Below are positions 28,053 through 36,975 of a stretch of DNA of 64,000 bases, piece after piece. How positions within the stretch are numbered: position 1 is the first letter of the stretch; every line of letters starts with the position of its first letter. The notes below the pieces were generated by a model. The model was not told the origin of the DNA and did not search any database. It saw only the letters and a list, made by a program, of their open reading frames with translations. Both the position numbers and the translations under genes were made by a program. The stretch lies in NCBI GenBank assembly GCA_038850275.1, contig JAWCLZ010000005.1, positions 10,084-74,083 of the forward strand, read 5' to 3'. This DNA is from Methanocellales archaeon (GTDB lineage: Archaea > Halobacteriota > JAWCLZ01).

Positions 28053-28672
28053 CCCTCAGCATAATCTCTTTGGTTGCACAAAAACTCTTCTGCAAATTTC
28101 AAGTCATCGAGAGTATTCAAATTAACTGCTAGTTCTACTTTATTTGAAATATAAACATATTCTTCTTGTTCCTCGCGAATCCAAGCTCCATGTAAAATAT
28201 TGATTCCACTTGGCACCAACTTGATTTTAAATTTCTCAAGAACAATAGTTGGTTTCAACCCAAGTTCTTCAAATAGAGATAGAGGCACGTAAACAGCTAG
28301 CGCTGGCTTATTTACCTTGAAGTAAGCTCCAATTATTTCCTCGATGATTGCACTTGTTATCAAGGGTAGATCTCCAGCTAGGAGTAGAAAAGGCTCTCTT
28401 AAACCAGTTTTTTCCACCGCATAGATATAATCAGCTATATATCCTTTCCCAGGAGCTACAATGACTTTTATATCTGGATATTTTTCCCTTAAATATTCAC
28501 GCGTCTTAAGCGTGCTTGGGGAAACAACTGCAAGGATTTCGTCGATGGATGGATTATATAGGGCTTTGATAACATAATCAATCAACTTTCTACCCCTAAC
28601 CTCAATCAAGGGCTTCTCAACATTCAAACTCAATCTCGAGCCCTTTCCCCCTGCCATTAATATCGCGTGCAT
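28049..28672 (-). CDS. cobY: adenosylcobinamide-phosphate guanylyltransferase-like NTP transferase (archaeal CobY)
   Basis: N-terminal MHAILMAGGKGSRL nucleotidyltransferase motif, about 200 aa, adjacent to cobS as in archaeal cob clusters. Confidence 0.65.
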   Translation of the reverse strand: MHAILMAGGKGSRLSLNVEKPLIEVRGRKLIDYVIKALYNPSIDEILAVVSPSTLKTREYLREKYPDIKVIVAPGKGYIADYIYAVEKTGLREPFLLLAGDLPLITSAIIEEIIGAYFKVNKPALAVYVPLSLFEELGLKPTIVLEKFKIKLVPSGINILHGAWIREEQEEYVYISNKVELAVNLNTLDDLKFAEEFLCNQRDYAEG

Positions 28673-29421
28673 ATCATCAAACTCGAGGTTAATGCAGCTA
28701 GTCTGCCAATTTCATTCGCTGCACCTATTGCATCGCCACTCACACCGCCAAAATTTCTATTTGCAATCAATAGAATTAAAAGCGCTGATAAAACACTTGA
28801 AAATAAAATAGCAATCCCATGGATATCGAGAGCGATATAGGCAATGATTGCTGAGAAAAACAAAGCAGCTATAAAATCTCTCTTTCTGGAATGCTCAATC
28901 ATAATCGAGCCAAAGCCCACGTGAGTACTCCTTCCATAGACAATTATTACAACCATGCTCAACTTAGCTGAAGTCTCAGCTATCATCAATAACTTAAAAA
29001 GCGCGCTTAGCTGGGAAATAACCCAGAGTGTTGAGAACAAAGCTAAGATATTCAAGGTACAAAAAAGCACCCCTCCTGCGCCAAGCCTTGGATCTCGCAT
29101 AACTGCTATTTTCTCTTCCCTTATACCTTGAGCAGCTATTCCATCTGCAAAGTCCGCTAAACCATCTAGGTGATTTACTCCTGTTATTAAATAGAGCAAG
29201 CAAATGAGCAATATAGCAATGAGCTGAGGATGTGGAAAAATGAGTTGAAAAAGATAGCCAAAACCTCCTAGTAGTGCTCCAATTATAAATCCAAATAATG
29301 GAAAGAGATATATATGTCGAGAAAGAGTTTCGAATTCCTCAGACCCAGCGTTAGTTGGAATCGTGGTGAAAAAGCCAACTCCTGCTTTAAGAGTTTTCCA
29401 TAACTCAAACCCCAATTTCAT
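28657..29421 (-). CDS. cobS: cobalamin 5'-phosphate synthase (adenosylcobinamide-GDP ribazoletransferase)
   Basis: 254 aa polytopic protein. The N-terminal FFTTIPT and overall hydrophobic profile match the CobS family. Confidence 0.75.
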   Translation of the reverse strand: MKLGFELWKTLKAGVGFFTTIPTNAGSEEFETLSRHIYLFPLFGFIIGALLGGFGYLFQLIFPHPQLIAILLICLLYLITGVNHLDGLADFADGIAAQGIREEKIAVMRDPRLGAGGVLFCTLNILALFSTLWVISQLSALFKLLMIAETSAKLSMVVIIVYGRSTHVGFGSIMIEHSRKRDFIAALFFSAIIAYIALDIHGIAILFSSVLSALLILLIANRNFGGVSGDAIGAANEIGRLAALTSSLMICTRY

Positions 29422-29428
29422 ACCCCAC

Positions 29429-30718
29429 TTAGCTCTCGGGCTCTACGATGAGGTAATAGTCCTCTTTCCTAAGTACTTTTAATTTCTGCCCCTTTTTAAT
29501 TTCTTTCTCACTCTTAGCTTGCCAGCGCTCCCCTTGGAACATTATAAAGCCAGTTGAACCTGCAGGTATATCCTCAATAGCTATCCCTAAATCTGGAATT
29601 GCCTTAACCGCTGGCTTGCGCATTCTCACTTGGATTACTTTATATACTATGAAAATAAATAAAATAGCAATTATAGCTGTTATTAAAATAAAAGTGAAAA
29701 TAGCGGTGTTATACCACTCCGCAGCTATATACCACTTTTGAGCATCTCTGCTTATCAAAAATATATTGCCAATGGCAATGCATATTATACCCGCGATTGC
29801 AAGTGCACCGAAAGTATGAATGTGAACTTCATAGATGAGAAGCCCAATTCCTATTAAAATAAGCAGCAAACCAGCTATGTTGACATCAAATCCAATTCCA
29901 ACTAATCCCAGAATCAAGCATATTAAACCTGCAACCTCCATCCCAATGCCTGGGGAAGATAGACCAAAAATTATTCCATATATACCTATGAGCATTAAAA
30001 TACCTGAGATTAAGGGATCACTCAATATACGCATCACGCTTACCCTCAAACTTGGAGAGAACTTCTCTAGCTCTGCATCTTTAGTTCTAAGCATAAGCTT
30101 GCCTTGAACTGTTTCAACTTGCATTCCATCCACTTTCTCAAGTAAATCTCTTGGATTCAATGCAATTACCTCTATTACACCAAATCTCAAGGCATCATCA
30201 GCATTTAAATTCAAATTCTCAGTTATGAATTTCTCAGCTGCGGTTTCATTCCTCCCGTGGGCTCGAGCTTTTTCTTTAATGCTCGCCACGAGAGCATTTA
30301 TTATCTTTGGCTCATTAACAGGCTGAGCAGTGCCCCCCCACTGCATCTCCACAGGTTGAGCAGAACCAATAATGGTATAAGGCGCCATAGCTGCAACGTG
30401 GGAACTCATCAAAATAAATGTGCCTGCGCTCCAAGCGTGTCCACCTTGAGGATATACATAGCATATAACTGGAGTGCTTGATTGCTCAATTGCTCGAGTA
30501 ATCTTAAACATTGCATCAACACTGCCCCCAGGGGTATTAAGCAGGATCAAAAGAGCTTCATAGTTCCCACTTCTCGCGTGCTCTAGGGCTTGATCGATAT
30601 TATCAGCAGTGCTAGAAGTTATGGTCTCATCTATTTCCACCATTAAAATCGAGCGCGGTGAAGCAATAACTGTGTTGATCAAGATTAAGAATAAGCCTAG
30701 GAGAATAAATCTCTTCAT
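29429..30718 (-). CDS. NfeD-like membrane-bound serine protease (ClpP-class), stomatin partner
   Basis: Signal/TM start MKRFILLGLFLILIN, ClpP-like domain (TPGGSVDAMFKI ... GGHAWSAGTFI), a C-terminal multi-TM region and an OB-like tail. I chose the Met at 30718; the ORF-track start at 30835 would overlap the stomatin gene. Confidence 0.75.
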   Translation of the reverse strand: MKRFILLGLFLILINTVIASPRSILMVEIDETITSSTADNIDQALEHARSGNYEALLILLNTPGGSVDAMFKITRAIEQSSTPVICYVYPQGGHAWSAGTFILMSSHVAAMAPYTIIGSAQPVEMQWGGTAQPVNEPKIINALVASIKEKARAHGRNETAAEKFITENLNLNADDALRFGVIEVIALNPRDLLEKVDGMQVETVQGKLMLRTKDAELEKFSPSLRVSVMRILSDPLISGILMLIGIYGIIFGLSSPGIGMEVAGLICLILGLVGIGFDVNIAGLLLILIGIGLLIYEVHIHTFGALAIAGIICIAIGNIFLISRDAQKWYIAAEWYNTAIFTFILITAIIAILFIFIVYKVIQVRMRKPAVKAIPDLGIAIEDIPAGSTGFIMFQGERWQAKSEKEIKKGQKLKVLRKEDYYLIVEPES

Positions 30719-30729
30719 CCTCCCGCGTC

Positions 30730-31503
30730 CTATTTCTGCTTCTCCCTCATTAGACCCAGCATTGCGCCCAAACTTGCTCCAGCTGTACCCTCCGTTACTA
30801 CTATTAAATTTTTTTCCCTCGATATCTCCGTCCAAGTTTGAAGCTCGCGGAGTCTAAGTGCAACTGGGCTTTGAGCATAGCTCTCAGCTGCCTCCGCCAT
30901 CATCTTAGCTGCTTGCCTCTCACCCTCTGCCATTATAATCCGGCTCCTCCTCTCCCGCTCAGCCTCAGCTTGCTTAGCTATAGCGCGCTGCATGGATTCA
31001 GGTATAGCTACATCCTTGATTGAAACTGCAATTACCTTTATACCCCATGGATCAGTATGCACGTCTAGGATTTCTTGTATCTTCTTGCTTAAATCCTCTC
31101 TTTTTGTGAGTAATTCATCAAATTCCACCTGTCCTAAAACATCTCTAAGAGTGGTTTGAGCCAACATATTCGTGGCAAATACATAGTTTTGAACATTAAC
31201 AACCGCCTTAGCTGGATCGAAAACGCGGTAGTAAACCACTGCATCTACATCTACAGTTACATTATCTCGAGTGATTATGTTTTGCTTTGGCACATCGAAG
31301 GTAACGGTGCGCAGATCTACTATTTGAGTACGGTCAACTATGGGCACAATGAAGAAAATACCTGGTCCCTTTGGACCAACAAGTCTCCCAAGCCTGAAAA
31401 TAACCGCTCTTTCATACTCGCGAACAATTCGAATGGAATTCATTAAGATGAAGAGGAATATCAATAGACCAATAATTGCTGCAATTACATTTCCATTCAC
31501 CAT
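30730..31503 (-). CDS. stomatin/prohibitin (SPFH, band-7) family protein
   Basis: N-terminal TM, then IVREYERAVIFRLGRL ... VDLRTVTFDVPKQNIITRDNVTVDVDAVVYYRV, a classic stomatin core. Confidence 0.85.
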   Translation of the reverse strand: MVNGNVIAAIIGLLIFLFILMNSIRIVREYERAVIFRLGRLVGPKGPGIFFIVPIVDRTQIVDLRTVTFDVPKQNIITRDNVTVDVDAVVYYRVFDPAKAVVNVQNYVFATNMLAQTTLRDVLGQVEFDELLTKREDLSKKIQEILDVHTDPWGIKVIAVSIKDVAIPESMQRAIAKQAEAERERRSRIIMAEGERQAAKMMAEAAESYAQSPVALRLRELQTWTEISREKNLIVVTEGTAGASLGAMLGLMREKQK

Positions 31504-31551
31504 AGCAATCCTCCTAAATTCACAATTTGATTATATCTATTTAGTGGTTTC

Positions 31552-32727
31552 TTATTCCTCCATTATTTTTTCAATAAGTTTCTCAAAAGCCTCTAAAACT
31601 CCCTTTTTCTCAATCGCCACAGCAGGAATTACTGGAACATCCAAAGGTATCTTCATCCTAGCTCTAATTTCCTCAGGCTTCAAAGCTCCAGGTAAATCCT
31701 GTTTATTGGCTACTACAACATATGGTAAACCATGGCTCATTGAGAGTGTGAGCATTTCCTTTGCCCTTAAAAATTCTACTGGATTTGTAGAATCTACTAT
31801 TAAAATAACCCCCATGGCTTCTCCCCCAAGCATTTTTAATATTGGGTCAAAGCGCGCTTGACCAGGAGTGCCAAAGATCTCCGCTGAAAAATCCTTATGT
31901 TCAACGTAACCATGATCAAGGGCAATCGTTGTTCCCAAGCGATCAACTGAGACTGAGTGGCTTGAGAGGGCTTGTACAAATGAAGACTTTCCAGCGTTAT
32001 AAGGGCCAGTTACCAAGATCTTGGGAATATAAGCTTTAACTCCCCCTGGTCTTAGGACTTTGAAGAGCATTATTCGCGTTTTAATCTCAGCCCAGTTTGC
32101 CCTCAAGACGCGATAATACTGCCTGAAGATGACTTGCTCAACAATACCACCTATGCTCACTACAGCGTCGAATAGCTTTTCGCTTACTAGGCTAAGTATT
32201 TCCTCACTATACGGCCATGCTGTGAAGCTATAAATTGAAACATTATCATTAGCGAAATTATATTTATTCCACTTCATAATATATTCCAATGCTTTCTTCT
32301 CACCACATATATCCATGAAGGTGGAGAGAGAGCCAAATCCAATCAAGCCATTGCTGCGTAATTCAGTGAGCGCTTCAGCAACAGCTATATCCACGCTCTC
32401 GATATTCTCTGGATCCTGCACCAAATATTTTTCATTAGAAGCTTCCCCCACGAGCATGGAGTATGCATCAACTATAGCGAACTTCTCTCTATATCGATCT
32501 AAATCCCAACCAAATTCTTTAAAAGTCTGTCTAACACTTTTGGGTGGAGAATTAAATGTGACATAGACAGCTTTTTTCCCCAAAGCTAGGTTGTGATAAA
32601 GAGTTTGCATGCAAAAAACCTCACCCTCTATTCCAGGATGGACGTAGTATAATAAGCTTTTCCCCTCAGGCACACCTCCCCCGAGATATTCATCCAGCTT
32701 GGGGATGCCAGTGTGGATCAACCTCAA
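31552..32727 (-). CDS. fusion protein: N-terminal KaiC/RadA-like domain with degenerate P-loop, C-terminal Ras-like small GTPase domain
   Basis: Residues 1-220 carry KaiC-like hallmarks (GIPKLDEYLGGGVPEGKSLL, FGWDLDRY, IVDAYS), but Walker A reads YVHPGIEGEV, with no GK[ST]. Residues 235-391 carry GTPase motifs: G1 GPYNAGKSS, G3 FGTPGQ, G4 NKQD. Confidence 0.65.
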   Translation of the reverse strand: MRLIHTGIPKLDEYLGGGVPEGKSLLYYVHPGIEGEVFCMQTLYHNLALGKKAVYVTFNSPPKSVRQTFKEFGWDLDRYREKFAIVDAYSMLVGEASNEKYLVQDPENIESVDIAVAEALTELRSNGLIGFGSLSTFMDICGEKKALEYIMKWNKYNFANDNVSIYSFTAWPYSEEILSLVSEKLFDAVVSIGGIVEQVIFRQYYRVLRANWAEIKTRIMLFKVLRPGGVKAYIPKILVTGPYNAGKSSFVQALSSHSVSVDRLGTTIALDHGYVEHKDFSAEIFGTPGQARFDPILKMLGGEAMGVILIVDSTNPVEFLRAKEMLTLSMSHGLPYVVVANKQDLPGALKPEEIRARMKIPLDVPVIPAVAIEKKGVLEAFEKLIEKIMEE

Positions 32728-33443
32728 TCACCTTTAATTATCACTTTTCCATCTACAATTTCATATCTAAACCAATTAGTTGGTCTTGTTCCGAAACCAA
32801 AGCCTCTCATATAATAGGAATCATTTTTAATTTTAATCTCAAGCAAGCCATTGAAAAGCTGCTTTAGAGTAGTAATTGCCTGCTCATCATGCATCCCCTC
32901 TCCAATGATGTAAACCCCAAGTGCATTAGCAGATTTTATCCTCCCGGTGAATACATGTAAAAATCGAAAAACTGTTTGTAGATTAGAATACATTAAAATG
33001 GTAGATAGAGAGTTAATGCAAAGTCTAGTGCTTCGAATTCCCTTCTTCATCCAAAATTCCTCTAAAAACTGGCTGATTTTAACACCAATTCCAGTTAAAT
33101 CAACCGGACTTGAGGCACGCTTTATAATTGGAGTATCGCTAACACTTAGACCTAGAGTCTTGGACATGCAGTCAACTATTCCAAATCGCTCTTTATGCTT
33201 CTCTATACTCAATCCATTTTGCTCAAACCATTCAATTACACTCTCACCCGTCTCGCCAGTGGAAACCAGAATTGCAGCTTCATTGTTTTCAAGACCAGCG
33301 TAGAGGATATTGTTTAGAATCACGCTTTCACCGCACATCGGTGGGCCAATTAATAGGATATTCGAGCCGGCTTTTATATGCCCAATTGCATCATCGAATT
33401 CTTTAATTCCAAGTTTATAACCAACCATAATGCACCATTCCAA
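32724..33443 (-). CDS. KaiC/RadA-like RecA-superfamily protein with degenerate Walker A (predicted pseudo-ATPase)
   Basis: 239 aa. IKEFDDAIGHIKAGSNILLIGPPMCGES has the P-loop position filled by GPPMCGES, which lacks Lys. The Walker-B-like FGIVDCMS is retained. It overlaps the downstream gene by 4 nt. Confidence 0.6.
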   Translation of the reverse strand: MEWCIMVGYKLGIKEFDDAIGHIKAGSNILLIGPPMCGESVILNNILYAGLENNEAAILVSTGETGESVIEWFEQNGLSIEKHKERFGIVDCMSKTLGLSVSDTPIIKRASSPVDLTGIGVKISQFLEEFWMKKGIRSTRLCINSLSTILMYSNLQTVFRFLHVFTGRIKSANALGVYIIGEGMHDEQAITTLKQLFNGLLEIKIKNDSYYMRGFGFGTRPTNWFRYEIVDGKVIIKGD

Positions 33444-33503
33444 CGATTTTGTAATTAACTAATAGTATATAAATACAAGGTTATATATAAATAGAGCTAA
33501 GAT

Positions 33504-34568
33504 ATGGTCAAGAGGGATTTTACAAATTCCTTTTACACAGCTCAAACAAAGGGATGTGAACTCTGCGCTCAAGGAGCTAAGCTCGTACTATTCATAACTG
33601 GTTTATGTTCCAGACATTGCTTCTACTGCCCTATCTCAGAAAAAAGAAGAGGTGTGGATAGAGTCTTTGCCAACGAGAGACTTGTAGTCAAAGATGAAGA
33701 TGTGATAGAGGAAGCCTTGAATATGAGTGCCTTGGGCACTGGAATAACCGGTGGTGAGCCACTCCTCAAGCTCGATCGAGTCCTGCACTTCATTCGCTTG
33801 CTGAAGCAAAAACTTGGCGAAGAACATCACGTGCATCTATATACCTCGCTTCCAGTTAAAAAAGCAGAGCTTGAGGAGCTCAGTTCAGCTGGGCTTAATG
33901 AGATAAGGTTCCACCCACCTGAGGAACTCTGGGATTCCATCGAGAATAGTGATTATTTTGAATCTATGAGAATTGCTCGAGGACTTGGCTTAGATATAGC
34001 AATTGAAATACCTGCAATTCGCACTTCTAAGGGTATAATTAGAGCTCTTAAAAAAACAGGTGGATATCTTATTTTAAATGAGCTTGAATTTTCTGAGACG
34101 AATGAAAAAGCATTGAAGGCAAGGGGATATGTATATAGAGATGATATATCCTATGCTGCAAAGGGAAGCGAAGAAATTGCTAAGGAAATACTCAAACAGC
34201 GCGATGGAGTTCCAGTTAGATTCTGCAGTTCTCGCTTTAAAGATGCAGTGCAGATGAGGGAGAGGCTTAAAAGAATAGCGAGTAACGTGGCTAGGCCATT
34301 TGATGAAATAACCAAGGATGGCACTTTAATCTATGGCGTTATTTCAGGCAGCGTTGAAGCTGCAGCTAAAATCCTTAGGAAATTAAAGGTGCCTCTCAAT
34401 ATGTATCAAGTTGAGGGAGATCACATTGAAATAGCTTGGTGGATTTTAGATGAAATTGCAAGTAAAATTAATGAAAATGCAAGGAAAATTAAACTCAACT
34501 ACGAGTTATATATAATTGAGCGATATCCCACAAAAGATGGCTTGATTGTGGAGAAAATCCCCTTATGA
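33504..34568 (+). CDS. radical SAM domain protein (PFL-activase-related family)
   Basis: CxxxCxxC cluster motif GLCSRHCFYCP near the N-terminus, followed by a GGEP glycine-rich SAM-binding motif. 354 aa. Confidence 0.65.
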   Translation: MVKRDFTNSFYTAQTKGCELCAQGAKLVLFITGLCSRHCFYCPISEKRRGVDRVFANERLVVKDEDVIEEALNMSALGTGITGGEPLLKLDRVLHFIRLLKQKLGEEHHVHLYTSLPVKKAELEELSSAGLNEIRFHPPEELWDSIENSDYFESMRIARGLGLDIAIEIPAIRTSKGIIRALKKTGGYLILNELEFSETNEKALKARGYVYRDDISYAAKGSEEIAKEILKQRDGVPVRFCSSRFKDAVQMRERLKRIASNVARPFDEITKDGTLIYGVISGSVEAAAKILRKLKVPLNMYQVEGDHIEIAWWILDEIASKINENARKIKLNYELYIIERYPTKDGLIVEKIPL

Positions 34569-34721
34569 GTGGAATGCGAGGTATTTATAATTAAATGTTA
34601 ACCAAAACTTTATAATTGTTCAGCAAAATCAAAAAAGTGATATTCATAGAAAACAGATTAAAATAAGCTAGTTTATGGATGTGGTCATCTGCGCCCCAAT
34701 GATGAAAAGATTAGGGAGAGA

Positions 34722-34994
34722 TTGAGGGAATATTTAAAGCGGGATGAAATGGGGATTAGAAAAGCAGTGCTAGAGCTATTCCTCCAAGATAGAGCTTATA
34801 CCACCGAGGAAGTCTATAGCTTGCTGAGGAATCGCGGATTTAACATCAGCTATCGAGGAGTCTCAGCAATGGTCGGGCTAATGAATACTAGACTTGGAAT
34901 ATTAAGCATAGATGTAACAGGTGACCACAATTTATATTCGCTTAAGCAAGGCCATAAGGAAATGGTAAAGTCAGTGCTAAATAGCTATACCTGA
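34722..34994 (+). CDS. hypothetical protein, 90 aa
   Basis: ORF with a plausible upstream spacer and no recognisable motif. Confidence 0.35.
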   Translation: MREYLKRDEMGIRKAVLELFLQDRAYTTEEVYSLLRNRGFNISYRGVSAMVGLMNTRLGILSIDVTGDHNLYSLKQGHKEMVKSVLNSYT

Positions 34995-35013
34995 TATTTG
35001 TTGAAGTGATACG

Positions 35014-35919
35014 ATGTCAATGCTGTATAAAACCTATGAACGCCTTTTACTCAGAGAAGTGAAATCCGGGCCAATACCTCATCACATAGCAATTATTCAA
35101 GATGGAAATAGGAGATATGCTGAAAAAATAGGGCAGCCTAGATATATGGGCCACGTATATGGTGCAGATACAACTGAAAAAGTAATGGACTGGTGCTGGG
35201 AACTTGGAGTTAAACATTTAACTCTTTATTCCTTCTCCACTGAGAATTTTAAAAGAAGCGAGGTTGAGAAAAGAGAGCTCTTCAACCTCCTGAAGCAGAA
35301 ACTCAAAGAACTCAGCGAGGACGAGAGAACCCATAAGCGTGAAATGCGAGTGAGAGCAATTGGCAAGATCGATCTATTGCCTAAAGATGTAATTAGCGCA
35401 ATAAAGCAAGTTGAAAATCTAACTAAGAACTACGATAAAGTATATCTAAACATAGCCCTAGCTTATGGCGGGCGATGTGAAATTGTAGATGCAGCTAGGA
35501 AGATTGCTCAAAAAGTGAAGAATGGCAAGATAAGAGTGGAAGAAATAAACGAGGATACAATCTCAGCTTATTTATACCCAGATGAGGAACCAGTGCCCAA
35601 GGTGGACTTAATAATTAGAACAGGCGGCGAGGGGAGAACCTCGAACTTCCTCCCGTGGCAAGCAAGTGGCTATGAAAGCGCTGTTTACTTCTGCGCTCCA
35701 CTCTGGCCTGAGTTCAGGAAAATTGATTTCTTAAGAGCCGTTAGAACCTATCAACAGAGAGAGAGCGAAAAGCGGCGTAAAACAGTGCTTAGAATCTTCA
35801 CATTGCTCCAAGAATTCGGAAAAGCTGAATTAGAGGAGATATATAATCTCTCTAGATATACCATTAACATCACTAGAGAAGAAGTATTGAAAATCTTAAG
35901 CGAGGTAAAGCATAATTAG
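35014..35919 (+). CDS. uppS: cis-prenyltransferase (undecaprenyl-diphosphate synthase family, UppS) with a ~60 aa C-terminal extension
   Basis: HIAIIQDGNRRYA is the UPPS motif. The RTGGEGRTSNFLPWQASGYE C-terminal catalytic motif is followed by a basic tail not found in canonical ~250-aa UppS. Confidence 0.8.
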   Translation: MSMLYKTYERLLLREVKSGPIPHHIAIIQDGNRRYAEKIGQPRYMGHVYGADTTEKVMDWCWELGVKHLTLYSFSTENFKRSEVEKRELFNLLKQKLKELSEDERTHKREMRVRAIGKIDLLPKDVISAIKQVENLTKNYDKVYLNIALAYGGRCEIVDAARKIAQKVKNGKIRVEEINEDTISAYLYPDEEPVPKVDLIIRTGGEGRTSNFLPWQASGYESAVYFCAPLWPEFRKIDFLRAVRTYQQRESEKRRKTVLRIFTLLQEFGKAELEEIYNLSRYTINITREEVLKILSEVKHN

Positions 35920-36021
35920 CTTTTTAAACCACATCGACAAATTTATTATAAAGCTGCTAAGAATATCATCACTTCTGCCTAGATAGAGGAGGGAACTCCA
36001 AGTATGAAAGGCAGTGCTACA

Positions 36022-36117
36022 GCCTCAGTAGCTCAGTGGGTAGAGCGCTTCCTTGGTAGCAGGATTAAAGTCCTGATGAAAAGGAAGAGGTTCACGGGTT
36101 CAATCCCCGTCTGAGGC
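36022..36117 (+). tRNA. intron-containing tRNA, anticodon GGU (Thr) by my fold
   Basis: Acceptor gcctcag/ctgaggc, D-arm gctc-agtgggta-gagc, anticodon stem cttcc/ggaag, T-arm acggg-ttcaatc-cccgt. The 96 nt implies a ~23-nt intron (36059-36081) 3' of anticodon-loop position 37. The anticodon loop before the intron reads ttGGTa. Confidence 0.65.
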
Positions 36118-36148
36118 TTATTTAATTTTACAGTAGGTTGCGAGAAAT

Positions 36149-36661
36149 ATGGAGAAAGTTGAATTTATAGAGGTAAGAGAGGATCCTGAGTACATCCGCG
36201 AGCTAGTTGCTAAAAAGGCTGCTCAATACTTCGCAGCTGGCTATAACTGCGCTGAGGCAATTTTACTAGCGCTTTCTCAACATTGGAAGTTAGAGAGCAA
36301 GGTTATTCCAAATATTGCCACTTGCTTTGGCGCTGGGATCGGTAGAAAGGGATCGATCTGTGGAGCTGTTACAGGCTGCATAATGGCACTTGGATTGAAG
36401 ATGGGTAGAAGAGATTACGCTGATGAAGAAAATAAAGAAAGAGCATACGCCGCTGCTCTTGAGTTTTATTCAAGATTTGAAAAACAATTTGGCTCAGTAT
36501 TTTGCTCAAGCTTGACGAAATGTGACCTCGCAACCATGGAGGGAAAGCGGAAATATGCGAATTCAAATTTAAATAAATATCTCTGTGAAAAACTAGTTAA
36601 GCAAGCGGTTATGGATTTATTAGCTATAATAAATGAATTTGAGAATAAGGAGAATGTTTGA
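36149..36661 (+). CDS. C_GCAxxG_C_C family protein (putative redox-active Cys protein)
   Basis: GYNCAEAIL and CFGAGIGRKGSICGAVTGC match the C-GCAxxG-C-C signature. 170 aa. Confidence 0.6.
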   Translation: MEKVEFIEVREDPEYIRELVAKKAAQYFAAGYNCAEAILLALSQHWKLESKVIPNIATCFGAGIGRKGSICGAVTGCIMALGLKMGRRDYADEENKERAYAAALEFYSRFEKQFGSVFCSSLTKCDLATMEGKRKYANSNLNKYLCEKLVKQAVMDLLAIINEFENKENV

Positions 36662-36717
36662 GGGTTTTGAGAAGAATATTTATCCCTTAACATCTAATTT
36701 AAAGAGGGTGAAAAAAT

Positions 36718-36975
36718 ATGGAGAGGGAAAAAGTTGGAGAGGTCTTCAAGTATTGGAGTAAAATAGGCGTTGCAGGAATAAAGATCACCGGTGATTTCTT
36801 GCAGATTGGTGATACAATTCAAATTCAAGGTGCTACTACAAATTTTGAGCAAAAAATTGATTCCATGCAGATTGAAAAAACACCCGTCAATAAGGCTGAA
36901 AAAGGACAGACAATTGGAGTTAAAGTAAAAGATATAGTTAGACCAGGGGATATTGTATATAAGGTTAAAAGATAA
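36718..36975 (+). CDS. small beta-barrel protein, EF-Tu domain-2-like, 85 aa
   Basis: GDTIQIQG ... KGQTIGVKVKDIVRPGDIVYKV resembles the translation-factor domain-2 barrel. Function unknown. Confidence 0.35.
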   Translation: MEREKVGEVFKYWSKIGVAGIKITGDFLQIGDTIQIQGATTNFEQKIDSMQIEKTPVNKAEKGQTIGVKVKDIVRPGDIVYKVKR

